From: Squalus acanthias
Lineage: Eukaryota
Assembly: GCA_030390025.1 (NCBI GenBank)
Contig: CM059425.1
Span: 176,392,001 to 176,456,000 of the forward strand
Direction of reading: 5' to 3'
DNA: 64,000 nt
How positions within the stretch are numbered: position 1 is the stretch's first letter; each line of letters begins with the position of its first letter. A program made the position numbers and the translations under genes. Below are positions 40,151-54,155 of this stretch, piece by piece. The notes beneath the pieces are model-generated. The model ran no database searches. It was not told the origin of the DNA and saw only the letters and a program-made list of their open reading frames with translations.

Positions 40151-40701
40151 ACCACTATTCAAGAAACATCTTCCAAACATATGTGCCAGAGAAACTGACA
40201 AACAGCTTCAGGAGCCGACACAGCCCCAAAAAGCTGACAACTCAAATAAAAAACATTCAACTGAATAAAATATGTTTTTTTATTGTTTTTGGATCACGTT
40301 CTGTATTTCAGTTTGTTTTTCTGTCAAGACTGAGACCCAATGGTCTCACATATGACATATGAAAAATGTTAGTTACAATGAGAGTGTAGTGGAACATGAA
40401 CTCGTCATGACTTAAAAGGCAGCTATACTCAATATTCCATTGGTTGTATTATATAGGGAAACAGTACACAAAAGTATAACTTTTGCAGTGGATTTAGAAA
40501 TTTTTGAAGGAGGAAATGAGCTCTGAGTTATATTTTAAATTAATTTAAAAATTGAGTTTCGAACCATTTTAAATGTAATTAGTTTGCCCAATGGGTAATT
40601 TTTGAAGGAGGAAATGAGCTCTGATCATGCAATATGTTTTAACTAAGGAGGTCTGGTAGCATGCCTCTCCCCTAAGAAACTTAGGGGAGTTTCCCTAAGA
40701 A

Positions 40702-41110
40702 AGGGGTATGGTAGCATAATGGTTATGTTACTGCACTAGTAATCCAGAGGCCTGGACTAATGATCCAGAGACATGAGTTTAAATCCCACCACGGCAGCTG
40801 GGGAATTTAAATTCAGTTAATTGAATAAATCTGGAATTAAAAGAAAAACGCTAGTGTCAGTAATGGTGACCATGAAACTACCGGATTGCTGTAAAAACCC
40901 ATCTGGTTCACTAGTGTCCTTTAGAGAAGGGAATCTGCCGTCCTTACCCGGTCTGACCTATATGTGACTCCAGACCCACAGCAATGTGGTTGATTCTCAA
41001 CTGCCCTCTGAAATGGTGGCTCACCACCACGTTCTGAAGGGCAATTAGGGATGGGCAATAAATGCTGGCCTTGCCAGCGATGCCAACATCCTCTGTATGA
41101 ATTTTTTTAA
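40702..41110 (+). mobile_element. tRNA-derived SINE sharing its 3' tail with the second LINE family
   Basis: Head tagcataatgg..gtttaaatcc; tail ggctcaccaccac..aagggcaa..gggatgggcaataaatgctggccttgccagcga matches 2674-2745. Confidence 0.85.
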
Positions 41111-41401
41111 AACATTGAATTTTTGACACGTTTTGGTGTATTTTCCAGCATCCTAGGAGTTTGTACCCAGTGTCTGTTATTACTAAGCCACCCTCTCTCT
41201 CTCCATTCCAGGAGCCAAGCTCCTGTCTTCATGCAATACTTTACAAGCTTTCTCCATACTGAGTGGTTGATGACTATTTGTTATTTGTTGCAGTGGTTGG
41301 CTGGTCTTGTAAAGGAGCCACTTCCAGTTGCTTGGTGAACCTGGAAGCTCATTAGAGCTAATGAATTTCAATAACATCACAAGAGCAGAAATCCATCCTC
41401 A

Positions 41402-42042
41402 AACAACAACAACTTGTATTTATATAGCGCCTTTAACATAGTTAAATGTCCCAAGGTGCTTCACAGGAACGTTATCAAACAAAATTTGACACCGAGCCAC
41501 ATAAGGAGATATTAGGACAGATGACCAAAAGCTTTGTAAAAGATGCAGGTTTTAAGGAGCGTCTTAAAGGAGTAAAGAGAGGTAGAGAGGCAGATAGATT
41601 TAGGGAGGGATTTCCACAGCTTAGGGCCTAGGCAGCTGAAGGCACGGCCGCCAATGGTGGAGCGATTAAAATCAGGGATGCTCAAGAGGCCAGAATTGGC
41701 ATGTATCTTGGAGGGTTGTAGGGCTGGAGGAGGTTACAGAGATAGGGAGGTGGGGGCAAGGCCATGGATGGATTTGAAAATAAGGATGAGAATTTTTAAA
41801 TTGAGGCCTTGCTTAACTGGGAGCCATTCGGCGAGCAAGGGGTGATGGGCAAATGGGACTTGGTGTGCGTTAGGACACAGGCAGCAGAGTTTTGGATGAC
41901 CTCAAGTTTACGGAGGGTGGAAGATGAGAGGCCAGCCAGGAGTGCATTGGAATAGTCAAGTCTAGAGGTAACAAAGGCATGGATGAGGGTTTCAGCACCA
42001 GATGAGCTGAGGCAGGGGCCGAGACAGGTGCTGTTACAGAGG
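41402..42042 (-). mobile_element. L2 3' fragment
   Basis: (caa)n tail; reverse-complement match to 9740-10340. Confidence 0.88.
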
Positions 42043-42899
42043 AAAGGCTTTCACGGTAGTCAGAATCTTAACTTCCATTATATGATTCAGAATAGCAATC
42101 CAAACTTTTACTTGCTTTAATAATTTAATTTCACAGTTAATTAAAGTAGTTGGTTGGAATTAAGTTTTATCAGAAAAATCTTACGTGATTTTGGTTAAAT
42201 TATCTAATATTATGTTTAAACACGATGCTAAAGTTACTGTAAAATTCGGTATCTGTTGATTACACCAGTATAAAAGACACACGTGGCTTCTATGCTGACT
42301 GGCCAGCCAGAAAACCATTGATTGCACGAGGGCATAAACTATACTCCCATGTTTGCAACTTGGAAATCTTGCTTTAAGAAAGAACATGGATTTATATCAA
42401 GTTAATTCTCATGATATTTTTGAATAGTCAGGTTTTTTTTTTAGAGTTTGAACTTAAAAATGACCCCTGTTTTTATTTAGTGTTGTTTCCATCTCTTTGG
42501 GTTGCAGAATATACATTATTTTGTGAGCAAGAAAGCAAGAAATCAGCTTGTTGTTATATCGCTGCGAATGTCATTCTAGGACTAGCAGTAATAAGCATGA
42601 GCAGCACAGGTTGACTCAACTTCCAGTTTTTCCCTTTTTCCCTCATAGTAAATGCCTGGCCTTCACCCAGTGCCCCTTCCGGAATGCATGGTTTATATCA
42701 GTAACTAGCTATATGTGGAAGAGCCTCTGGCATAATGCTTTAGTGTATAAACATGCTGCTCAGTTCAACCATATCCATTCCTGATACTTAAGATCATTTC
42801 AAATCTGTTGTATGCCAAAGCTTTGCAGCTGTGGTTGGCAGGGTGTTCAGAGCAGCACAGTGTAGAGTGTCAAATCACAGCTGATGGAGTCGAAGACAG

Positions 42900-43198
42900 A
42901 AGGAACTTGCATTTAGGTAGTGCCTTTCACATCTTCTGTGGTGTTCCAAAGAGCTTTGCAGCCTTTACTTTTGAAATGTAGTCACTGTGACTTTGTAGGT
43001 AAGTGCGGCAACTAATTTACACACAGGGACTCAAGCCCAGGCAAGGTCCCAGACAGCAATGGGATAAATGACCAGAGAATCTGTTCTTGATGGTGTTGGT
43101 TGAAGGATAAATATTGGCCAGGACACTGGGAGAACTCCTCTGCCCTTCTTTGAATAGTGCCGTGGGAGTTCTTTATGTCCACTTGAGAGGACAGACAA
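42900..43198 (-). mobile_element. DeuSINE 3' fragment
   Basis: Matches 6765-7045. Confidence 0.8.
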
Positions 43199-44152
43199 GT
43201 CAGTCACTGTGAGGGAGAAACAGGTTTAGACAGGGAGTGAAATCAGGACTCAAATGGGGCAGAATTATGTCAGAACAGCAGCTCCTGAATTACAATTGTT
43301 TTTCTTTAAATCTGAATGGTATGATTAAAGTTTTGGTTTTCTGGTCCTTAATAATAGCTATAGCTGAAATCTTAATATGAGTTATGAAGACATAGTTGGA
43401 AGTAAATTGTGTTTACGCTTCTCTTAAATGGAGTGCACAGCTCATTACATTTTCTGCTTTAAAAGCTCAGAACAATCTGTATCTTACAGTTGCCAGCTAG
43501 CTAGATAGGGGCGCAAAATTCATGGTGTTTCTGGCGGACTACCATCATAACTTCGGTGAGAGTCTGCTGGAATGGCTGGAAGCTAGGCCAGCACCCAGAT
43601 ATGCCGGATCCTATGGACTTCCTATATCGGCAGTTCCCTCACCTGGCTGTCTGTCAGGATTTGGTGTAGGGCCAACCCAGGCACACCTGATTAGACCAGG
43701 TTTCACAGGAACAAATGTGGGACTCACCTGGGGATCCAGGCCAGGATTGGTGCCTCGACCTCCAAAGATGAGGGGGCTGAAATGTTGTTTTATTTATTAC
43801 AAATGGCTTCTTGAAACAGGCTGCTGACCTCTTCAGTGGTGGGGGGTGGTGGGTGGGGGGTGGAATCTGTTACATCAATTGGTAGGTGGATCACCACATT
43901 CAATTTCAAAATACATCGAAAACCTCTATGCCAACTACCTCTTATGGGATTTTTATTCTAACCGTGTCCATATTTTCCTGCAATGCCTGTTATGCCTGTT
44001 GGTGGCAATGTGATAGATGATTTGAATGTTAACTGTCGCAACGTTAGCTCCTGAAACAACTGCATCGATTGTATAGCTGTGGTAGAGTCTGCATCCAGTT
44101 CCACACCCTGACCCCTAGGTTGCTCTGCAGCAATGTCAGCATAAGAAGCAAT

Positions 44153-44612
44153 GGCCCGGAATTTGCGGTCCGGTTGATGCTAAACTGGCAGCATTCGCCG
44201 TCATTCCACCTTTGAAACTGAGCGCAACTTCAGGATTTGGTGCAGGCGCATGGGGAAATCCTGAAGTTGCGGCCTGTCATTCACTGCTCCGCCACAGGCT
44301 GCACTGTGCCCCCCCCGCTCCCCTCCCCCCACAGAGCCGGCAATCAGTGAAATCTCTCAAATCAGGGAAACTGACGAAAACTTCGGCTCTTCCGCAGTAA
44401 TTACGCTGTTAAATTCCCCTCTAAAAGTTAGACCCAAAGGGATTAGGTGTAACTGGGGTTTTAACAGTGTATTGACTGCTAAACAAAGTTATGGCCCTGA
44501 AAAATGAATTTTAAATTTGTGCAGTGTCAAATTTATCCATTTTAATTAAAAAATTAATTTTTAAGAAACTTAAAAACACCTTTGCTTCACCGCTGACTGC
44601 AAATTCCGGGCT
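44153..44612. mobile_element. Harbinger-type MITE (family of 25755-26184, opposite orientation)
   Basis: ggcccggaatttgc / gcaaattccgggct; internal similarity to the other copy. Confidence 0.8.
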
Positions 44613-46419
44613 ATTTTCTAACTTTTTTGGAATAGAAATTCTCTATCCGACTCAGTCGCAGCCCCACTCTTTTAATTTTCCTGCACCCTCCCTTGAAGTT
44701 AGCATGGCATTCAATCTGGAATGTACCCAGACTCAACCCTCAAGGCCATTCAGAGGCCACCTGGTATATTTCATTGTCCAGGACTGAAGTTTCCAGACAG
44801 CTCCCATGGGTCTACTTCCATTGCGCATAATTCAATTGATGTCTCTAATCCTCAGACTCTGAAAACAGCTTAGAATGTTCAGCCCCCTCCCACTGACATA
44901 TTTTGGTGGCAAGCTGCCCCTTTTCCTCACAATGAGATATATTGCTGTCCTCCCTCCCCTGCGATTGCTTTGCCACTTTCCTTCTCCCCGCCCCCTGCCC
45001 ATTGATTGTTTCCCAAATTTTCCCCCCATTACCACCCCTGCCTTTCCTCTCCTCTCCCCATCCTCCTCATTTACCCTCTCCCCGTCCCCTTTTACCCCAC
45101 TCTCTTCTTGCCCCTTCCTCCCTCGTCCCTGCCTTGGTCCAGTTATCCGCCCACACTCTAACCCTGCTTGGCTTGAATCCTGCAGTTGACCTTGAGGGTG
45201 CACATGTGCAATTCACAGGAGATCAACTAGTCGGTATCTAAATAAAATAAGGCCAACCACTAACTGGCTTTATTGCTGCATGCATTATTATAATTGAAAC
45301 TCATGACAGGTGTTTCCATTATTATAACACAGGGACTGCACTGACCTATCCAACCCCTTCATTAGAGATGGAGAAAAGTTGAAAACCTGCAGTAACCACC
45401 AGCACAAAATAAAGAAATCCATCAGCAACCACACCTGGGTATATTGTCCCAGGATAGGTTAGGGACACTTGTTGATGCTTTTGGTTTCTGGCTGAGGGAA
45501 GAGTTAAAACCGGAAGAGAAAATTCCCCATCCCCAATCAGAACCTTAGCTGTCGAATACCCTCAAATTATGTCTCAAATTCCCTTTTCAAAAGATAACTG
45601 TAGAGTGCAGTATTGACGCTTGTGAGAAAACTGCTGTTTATTTTCTCCTGCGTCTCTCTGAAATTCTGACTGGTCTCTCAGCTCTCTTCTCAATCTGGCT
45701 CTCAGGAGGGCTTGTCTCAGCTGGATTCGGAGGCATGAGCCTTTGATGCAGGAAATCCGTGTTTTTTGGTACACTGTCGATGGGTCTGATTTTCAGATGA
45801 AAATCTGTACTGACCAGTCTCCGTCTCTGTCAGCACTGCTTCGGTCCTCCTACTTCATGTTGTCACTGCTACTGAACAAAGCTGCATCTGTGGTGGAAAT
45901 TCTCAGGAGATCAGGAATTCTCAGCCATAGTGCGCAGCAGCTTGATTTACTTACAACTGTGGAGTCATGCTTGAAGCCAGGGGTGGCATTTGCAGGGAGG
46001 AGGGAGGGAAGGAGAGCGACAACATGAAGTGGGGTGTGGGGGGGGGGGGCGAGGAGATTGAAGAAGGGTGCCAGCATTAAATGGGGTGAGGGGAAGAATG
46101 GAGAGTACCAGCATTGATTATGGAGTGGAAGGAAGATGGCCAGCTTGAACTGGGAGGGGTCAGAAGTATCAGCTTGAATGGAAGATGGGAGATGATTAGC
46201 AGCATAAATGGAGGAGGAGGGGTTGGAGGAAGAAAAGAGTGGCAGTTTGAACTGGAGGAGGGAGAATGGTGCCAGGTTGAATTGAAGCAGAACAGGGAGA
46301 AGAGTACCTGCATCAACTGGAATACTTGAAGGGGAAGAAGAGCACCACCTTGAAATGAGATGCCAGAAAAAGAGTGACAACTTTAACTGGGGGGAGGGTA
46401 TGAGAACTAATAAAATTAA

Positions 46420-48912
46420 GGGGAGAGTGTCAGCAGGTATTGGGAAGAGTTGGAGAGGAGAGTGTCAGCAGGTATTGGGAGGGTTTGGAGAGGAGAGTGT
46501 CAGCAGGTATTGGGAGGGTTTGGAGAGGAGAGTGTCAGCAGGTATTGGGAGGGTTTGGAGGGGAGAGTGTCAGCAGGTATTGGGAGGGTTTGGAGAGGAG
46601 AGTGTCAGCAGGTATTGGGAGGGTTTGGAGGGGAGAGTGTCAGCAGGTATTGGGAAGAGTTGGAGGGGAGAGTGTCAGCAGGTATTGGGAGGTTTGGAGG
46701 GGAGAGTGTCAGCAGGTATTGGGGGGGTTTGGAGAGGAGAGTGTCAGCAGGTATTGGGAAGAGTTGGAGGGGAGAGTGTCAGCAGGTATTGGGAGGGTTG
46801 GAGGGGAGAATGTCAGCAGGTATTGGGAGGATAGGGAGGGGAGAGTGTCAGCAGGTATTGGGAAGAGTTGGAGGGGAGAGTGTCAGCAGGTATTGGGAGG
46901 GTTTGGAGGGGAGAGTGTCAGCAGGTATTGGGAGGGTTTGGAGGGGAGAGTGTCAGCAGGTATTGGGAGGGTTTGGAGGGGAGAGTGTCAGCAGGTATTG
47001 GGAGGGTTTGGAGGGGAGAGTGTCAGCAGGTATTGGGGGGTTTGGAGAGGAGAGTGTCAGCAGGTATTGGGAGGGTTTGGAGGGGAGAGTGTCAGCAGGT
47101 ATTGGGAGGGTTGGAGGGGAGAGTGTCAGCAGGTATTGGGGGGGTTTGGAGAGGAGAGTGTCAGCAGGTATTGGGAGGATAGGGAGGGGAGAGTGTCAGC
47201 AGGTATTGGGAGGTTTGGAGGGGAGAGTGTCAGCAGGTATTGGGAGGGTTTGGAGGGGAGAGTGTCAGCAGGTATTGGGAGGGTTTGGAGGGGAGAGTGT
47301 CAGCAGGTATTGGGGGGTTTGGAGGGGAGAGTGTCAGCAGGTATTGGGAGAGTTGGAGGGGAGAGTGTCAGCAGGTATTGGGAGGGTTTGGAGCGGAGAG
47401 TGTCAGCAGGTATTGGGAGGGTTTGGAGGGGAGAGTGTCAGCAGGTATTGGGGGGGTTTGGAGAGGAGAGTGTCAGCAGGTATTGGGAGGGTTTGGAGGG
47501 GAGAGTGTCAGCAGGTATTGGGAGGGTTTGGAGGGGAGAGTGTCAGCAGGTATTGGGAGGGTTTGGAGGGGAGAGTGTCAGCAGGTATTGGGAGGGTTGG
47601 AGGGGAGAGTGTCAGCAGGTATTGGGGGGGTTTGGAGAGGAGAGTGTCAGCAGGTATTGGGAGGATAGGGAGGGGAGAGTGTCAGCAGGTATTGGGAGGG
47701 TTTGGAGAGGAGAGTGTCAGCAGGTATTGGGAGGGTTTGGAGGGGAGAGTGTCAGCAGGTATTGGGAGGGTTTGGAGGGGAGAGTGTCAGCAGGTATTGG
47801 GGGGGTTTGGAGGGGAGAGTGTCAGCAGGTATTGGGATGGTTTCGAGGGGAGAGTGTCAGCAGGTATTGGGAGGGTTTGGAGGGGAGAGTGTCAGCAGGT
47901 ATTGGGATGGTTTCGAGGGGAGAGTGTCAGCAGGTATTGGGAAGAGTTGGAGGGGAGAGTGTCAGCAGATATTGGGAGGGTTTGGAGAGGAGAGTGTCAG
48001 CAGGTATTGGGAAGAGTTGGAGGGGAGAGTGTCAGCAGGTATTGGGGGGGTTTGGAGGGGAGAGTGTCAGCAGGTATTGGGAGGGTTGGAGGGGAGAGTG
48101 TCAGCAGGTATTGGGTGGGTTTGGAGAGGAGAGTGTCAGCAGGTATTGGGAGGGTTTGGAGAGGAGAGTGTCAGCAGGTATTGGGAGGGTTTGGAGAGGA
48201 GAGTGTCAGCAGGTATTGGGAGGGTTTGGAGAGGAGAGTGTCAGCAGGTATTGGGAGGATTGGAGGGGAGAGTGTCAGCAGGTATTGGGAGGGTTGGAGG
48301 GGAGAGTGTCAGCAGGTATTGGGAGGGTTGGAGGGGAGAGTGTCAGCAGATATTGGGATGGTTTGGAGGGGAGAGTGTCAGCAGATATTGGGAGGATTGG
48401 AGGGGAGAGTGTCAGCAGGTATTGGGTGGGTTTGGAGAGGAGAGTGTCAGCAGGTATTGGGAGGATTGGAGGGGAGAGTGTCAGCAGGTATTGGGAGTGT
48501 TTGGAGAGGAGAGTGTCAGCAGGTATTGGGAGGGTTGGAGGGGAGAGTGTCAGCAGGTATTGGGGGGGTTTGGAGAGGAGAGTGTCAGCAGGTATTGGGG
48601 GGGTTTGGAGGGGAGAGTGTCAGCAGGTATTGGGAGGGTTTGTAGAGGAGAGTGTCAGCAGGTATTGGGAGGATAGGGAGAGGAGAGTGTCAGCAGGTAT
48701 TGGGAGGGTTTGGAGGGGAGAGTGTCAGCAGGTATTGGGAGGTTTGGAGGGGAGAGTGTCAGCAGGTATTGGGAGGGTTGGAGGGGAGAGTGTCAGCAGG
48801 TATTGGGAGGGTTGGAGGGGAGAGTGTCAGCAGATATTGGGATGGTTTGGAGGGGAGAGTGTCAGCAGGTATTGGGGGGGTTTGGAGGGGAGAGTGTCTG
48901 CAGGTATTGCAG
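46420..48912 (+). repeat. G-rich minisatellite, 34-35-bp unit, about 70 copies
   Basis: gggagagtgtcagcaggtattgggagggtttggag repeated with variants. Confidence 0.98.
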
Positions 48913-50253
48913 GGGGGGGCGGTTGAGGTGGTCTGAGGTGGGGGTGTGGAGTCGGTGGGATGCCTCCGTGTCCTGGGCAGTGTTTGGATGGGAGGACTAA
49001 CTGTTGGGGAATCTTTTAGGGAACTGGATTTGTTTGGTCTTTTGAAATCCAACTATCATTTTGTTTTTCCTTGAAGTTCAAAAATCTATGAGCAGAGTAT
49101 TATAAAAATGTTTAAAATGAACCAGGAGACACAAGTTTACTGTAAAACTTCATCATTTTCCAGGGAAGTATGTCGGGAGCATCAGTTGATTTCTTGGAAG
49201 CAGCAATGTTTGGAAGGGATGTGGAAGCCGTGGAATGATCCTATGGGGAGCAGCCATTGACTGTGATTCTGCGGGGTTGGGAGGGGTGGCGGGGGGGGTC
49301 TGCAATTTGATGTGGCAGCTATATCCACTGGATTACCAAATTAATAATTTCCCAATAAATTCTGCTGTTGGAGGGGATGTGTGCTCCTTATACCTAACCC
49401 CACCCCCCCCCACCCCCCCGCACCTTGTGTTACAGAAGAATTTTGGAGCCGTTTGGGAGTATTCCTGGGCTCCTCTGGGAATTCCACCCAAAGTACCCCT
49501 GATAGGCCAACCACAATCTGCTAAGAGCAAGGGTAGATGCTGTTCTTGGCCTGAAGAAGGTACGAAATAATGGCAATCGATGCCGTTTCCCAATGGCACT
49601 TTGGTCCATGAGGGGCAGCAAAATAAAGGTGGCATTTTGCTCTTCACCCTGATACAAGCATACTGCATTACAACAGTCACTGCACGTCAACAGTAAATTC
49701 ATTGTGTGAATGTTTCCAGATGCTTTGGTATAAGACACTATATAAATGCAAATAGTAACATTATATTATAATTTATCTATTACAGTCTACTCCTGACAAT
49801 TCAGTAATTTTTAGTGCTATTAAAGTTAAATTAGCCAATAATTTGAATTAAGCAATCTAAATAACACAGCACAGTGGAAATTTTGGGCATATCTCTGCAT
49901 TGTTGCTGTACCCTGCCAGCCATAAAACCCTTCAGCTACATGCAGCTTTCCCTGTGACTTATACAATTGGCCAAACATCGCTAGATAAATACGGTAGTTT
50001 AATTTAAAGACACCCGACACCACATTATTCTAACCACAGTCATTTTAATTCCCTTGATAATGTTCCAGAGGATATGATTTATATGTAGTTCCACAGAACA
50101 CCTTCATAGAAGCCAGACCCACCTTTCTCCCTGTATTCCATGTCAAAGTTAAGTAGTGACAGGTATAGTAGTCGTACTATTGAATCTATCCCTGTTCCAT
50201 GCATGATCAAGGAAATCAGGCTCATTTAGCAGGCAAATGCAAATTTAATCATA

Positions 50254-51979
50254 TGCCGTGATTTTGCAAACCTCGACGGATCAGTGGCGGGTCCTGACCC
50301 TGCTGCTGGCTCCAGCCCGTGGTCCGAAATTCATTTCCCTTGATTGGGCTTGTTAAGCCCACCCAGCGCGTTTCCCAGCCAATTAGAGGAAGCGGGTCTG
50401 GTGACGTCATTTCATGACGTGTCATCAGCCAGTTTCCTAAAAGGGACCATGGCCAACTTTATTTTGACATTTGTGCTGTCAGTGTTCTGCAGCATTGAGG
50501 TGCTGCAAACACTGACAAGCACAGCACAGAGGTGCACAGCTACACCCAGGCTCTCCCATGACTCCCTTCATATGCTTATGGAGGGAGTCACAGCACACAG
50601 GGAGGTCCTCTTCCCTTCCCATGGGTGGAAGAGACCTCCCCAGGAGATCAACACAGCCTAGTTGCAGATTGCAGAGGAGGGCACAAGCAGGGATGTAGTC
50701 AAGAGGACTTGGGTGCAGTGCCGCAAACGTTTCAATGATCTCAGTAGATCACGAAACGTTAGTACAAAGCCACACTCAACCTCAACCTGCTGTGCCTCTC
50801 ATCACATCCCCATCAATCTGCCTTTCCTACCCTACTCCTGCACATCCTTACTCACACCAACTTACCTTGCACCTCCACCCATCCCTCTCTATCTACATTA
50901 TCACATCCCCATCTCACTAGCCACCCCTCACACTCACCCTCATCCTAGTGCAATCATACCAACTAATAACACTCAAGGGTCGGGACTTGGGTGTTTTATG
51001 CAATGTTCATGTAAAGTTTCTGTTATTGTGCTGTCAAACATTGAAACCTTTATTTTCAACACTTTGTGTCCTTGGACAGATTTGTATGAACCTTTGGAAA
51101 TGGCTTAGTGAGTTGCAGTGAATGGTGAGACATAACGGTACTCCCCGCAATGGTGATGAGGGTGAAAGGAATTGCTTGGGCATTGTAGAGATGCTTTATG
51201 GTGTTGGTGTGGGATGGTGCCAACCTGGCACATCATGTGGCAGCCAGGGTGTACAGTGTCAAGTGAAGTAAATCTGGCCATGGTGAGGCCATCCCTGGCG
51301 TCCCGGGCAGCAATGTGGTCGGGTGCTGATGTCCTGTGCAGCATCAGGTGATTGCGGAGAAGGTTGGTGTTGTTGGTGCTGCTAGTGTGCTTGGTGCTGC
51401 TGGTGTTGGGGCTGATCGTGGTGGGATTCTGAGGACCAAAGTGAGAGAGTTTCAAGGGTACCCATGTTGATGGAATAGATGGCAGGTGAAGTAGAGATGA
51501 CAGAAACGATCTGTCAATGGTGAGAGAGTAGACTTGTGTAAAGACTTGCAGCATGGTGAATCTGTTGTGGAAATGCAGTGAGGAAGAGCTTGTGGCTGAG
51601 GAAAGATATCTCTGTAACGTGGGAGCTTTTACTTGACATTTGAAGCTGTCAACTCATTCGCTGATTCAATGGCCACTGACCTCCTGCCTCAGCTTCACAG
51701 ACGTGGTCTAGCAACAGCATGAAACCCGTGGGCAAGCTGTTAATTTCAAAAGGTCAGTTTAAAACCACTGTTAATTGGCTGTAAACAAGCCTCTAATCAT
51801 TTAAATTGGCTCCCCCACCGCTGCGAGTTGGGTCTGTTCAGCGCTCACAGACCCGACATTTGGTAAAGGCGCATGGTGGTGGGTTCACAGCAGGGTCCTG
51901 ATCCGCTGGGGGAAAAAAACACTCTCCCACCCGACCCGCCAGCGATTCCGCCTGCTGACTCCCCAGAAAATCTCAGCCC
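50254..51979. mobile_element. Internally deleted Harbinger element (family of 24039-25613, inverted)
   Basis: Myb-like exon on plus (PRLSHDSLHMLMEGV..WVQCRKRFNDL); transposase C-terminal remnant on minus (AARDARDGLTMARF). Confidence 0.75.
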
Positions 51980-53434
51980 TCGTTTCAATTTCAAGCATTT
52001 GCAGATGTAAGGTTTGGCAGGAGTTCTTTAGATTGTGATTCTACTTATTGCAAGAATATTATTAAATAAGGAGATTTTTTGATTATATACATATCACTAA
52101 TTCTGTTTAACACTCATTCCGAGAAATCCTCATTGCAGATATTATCTGATTAAAAGGTGTGTAATTTGAAAGGTAAGAAAGTGTTTCAGGTTCCAGAAGG
52201 TTGAAGTTATCAAGCTAAACATGAAACAAGAACTCTATTTTGTTCTGCCCTAATGCATTGTAAATTGTTCTGTACTGAATATTTTAGTATTGCAAAGACA
52301 TTTGAGTAAATAACATAAACACTATTTGCTTCTAATTGTTGCATCTTGCCATCGCTGTATAATGTATCAAAGGTATTCTAGACATTTTTCACATATCGTA
52401 ATGTCACTTCAATAAGAAAAAGGATTGGAGGGATTTGAGACATATAGGGATATTTTTATACATGAAAACTTTTTAACGTGATTATGAAAACGCTGTGTTC
52501 CATTAAGGCCCCAAAGTCATTTATCATTAAATAAATGCAGTGCCAGGTCAATCAGAGTTTATTTGTTTGATCAGAAAACCTTGCAAATTTGTATTTGTCA
52601 GTTTCTGGCTGCAGTTCAGAAGCAGGCAACATTTTACGGTTGTTTTGCATCTGTGACAATCTGAAGAATAATGTCTGCATGCATTAAACAAAACAGTCTA
52701 AATTTTTCTCACCTCACCTTACTTTTACGTAGTACTCTGGTGACTGGAAGCAGAAAATGGGTGGAGCCCTCCCCCCCTTTTGCGTCCAATAAATTATCAA
52801 GTGAACGAGACCAGTGGGGGAGGAATTGCCCATCTCAAACAGGTGAGTGCTTTATTTTAATACTCATTTTGGGATTTCTCACTGTTCTGCCATACAGGGT
52901 GCCAGAGTTGCTAAGTGGTGGTAAGTATCCTGGCGGCCATGGACAGGACACAGTTATATAAAGGCAAGTGCATTTCAGCCTTTCTTAACTGCTTTTCTTC
53001 ATTTTTTTTTCTGTTTGGCATTTAAGTTTCCATGTGCCTTTTGATAATTGAGGTAAGTTATTTATTTTATCCCCCAGCATGATTTCTGGCACCAATGTCT
53101 TATCAGTGGAAATCCTCCAATCTGAACTATTTGGAAGAAGCGGAAAACCAAAGGAGGGATTGTCAGGCAGGTCAGGCCAGTTGAGTGAAACTCTCGGCCC
53201 ATTTGCTAATACCTGCATATCCACATCTGCAGAACGAGCTGAATATACCTCAATTTGGTGGACAATTTGTGTAGCTGGAGGCTCCTATTCTCGAAGGAAG
53301 CCGGGACAGCTATATGAATGCCTGACTAACTGTAACCTTGGCTACTTCCTCAGAAATACCCCAATCAAAGTATGTCATGCTTTCAGTGATACTGCATGAA
53401 GAAGGTCATGCTAGGGTGATCAAAGAAAGTAAGA

Positions 53435-53772
53435 ACAAAAGCATTTATGTAGTGCCTTTCATGACCTCAGGACATCTCAAAGTCAGTGAAGTATGTTTGA
53501 AGTTCAGTCACTGTTGTAATGTAGGCAAACATGGCAGCCAATTTGTACACAGCAAGGTCCCACAAACAGCAATGCGATGATCTATTTTTAAGTGCTATTG
53601 GTTGAGAGATAAATGCTGACCAGTACACTACGAGAACTGCCCTACTCTTCTTCGAATAGGCCATCGGATCTTTTATGTCCACCTGAGAAGCCAGACGGAG
53701 CCTCAGTTTAATGTTTCATCCGAAAGACGGCACCTCCAACAATTCATTACTGCACTGGAGTGTCGACCTAGA
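53435..53772 (-). mobile_element. DeuSINE fragment
   Basis: Matches 6765-7137. Confidence 0.8.
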
Positions 53773-54155
53773 TTAATTCTTAACAGTTAAAACAGCTTTA
53801 TAACCTGAACTGGTTGTGTACGGGATTCATGGACCTCGGAAAGCTCACCTGTGAAGGGAAGGCGGGAGCTCAGTGGCCATTGTGTTATTTCATTAAGTGA
53901 CAGTTGGAAAAAGCACATAAATACTCACACCTTACACCAGCTTCCTTGCCTAAGGGAAAGGCTCTGGCTGACACCATTTTGTGCAGAGATTTTGCTTTCA
54001 GGAGTTTGCAGGTGATTTCTGCAACCTCGGGAGCCACTCTCACCACATTACAAGTCACTCTCACTACATTGGAGGATTGTGCCTCTGATCTCCAATATAC
54101 CTGGCATCTATCAGATCAAGATTGAGAGGTCGCACAACACCAGGTTATAGTCCAA

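Noticed and set aside
46355..49052. ORFs of up to 828 aa
   Set aside because: Translations of a stop-poor minisatellite in all frames; no gene structure.
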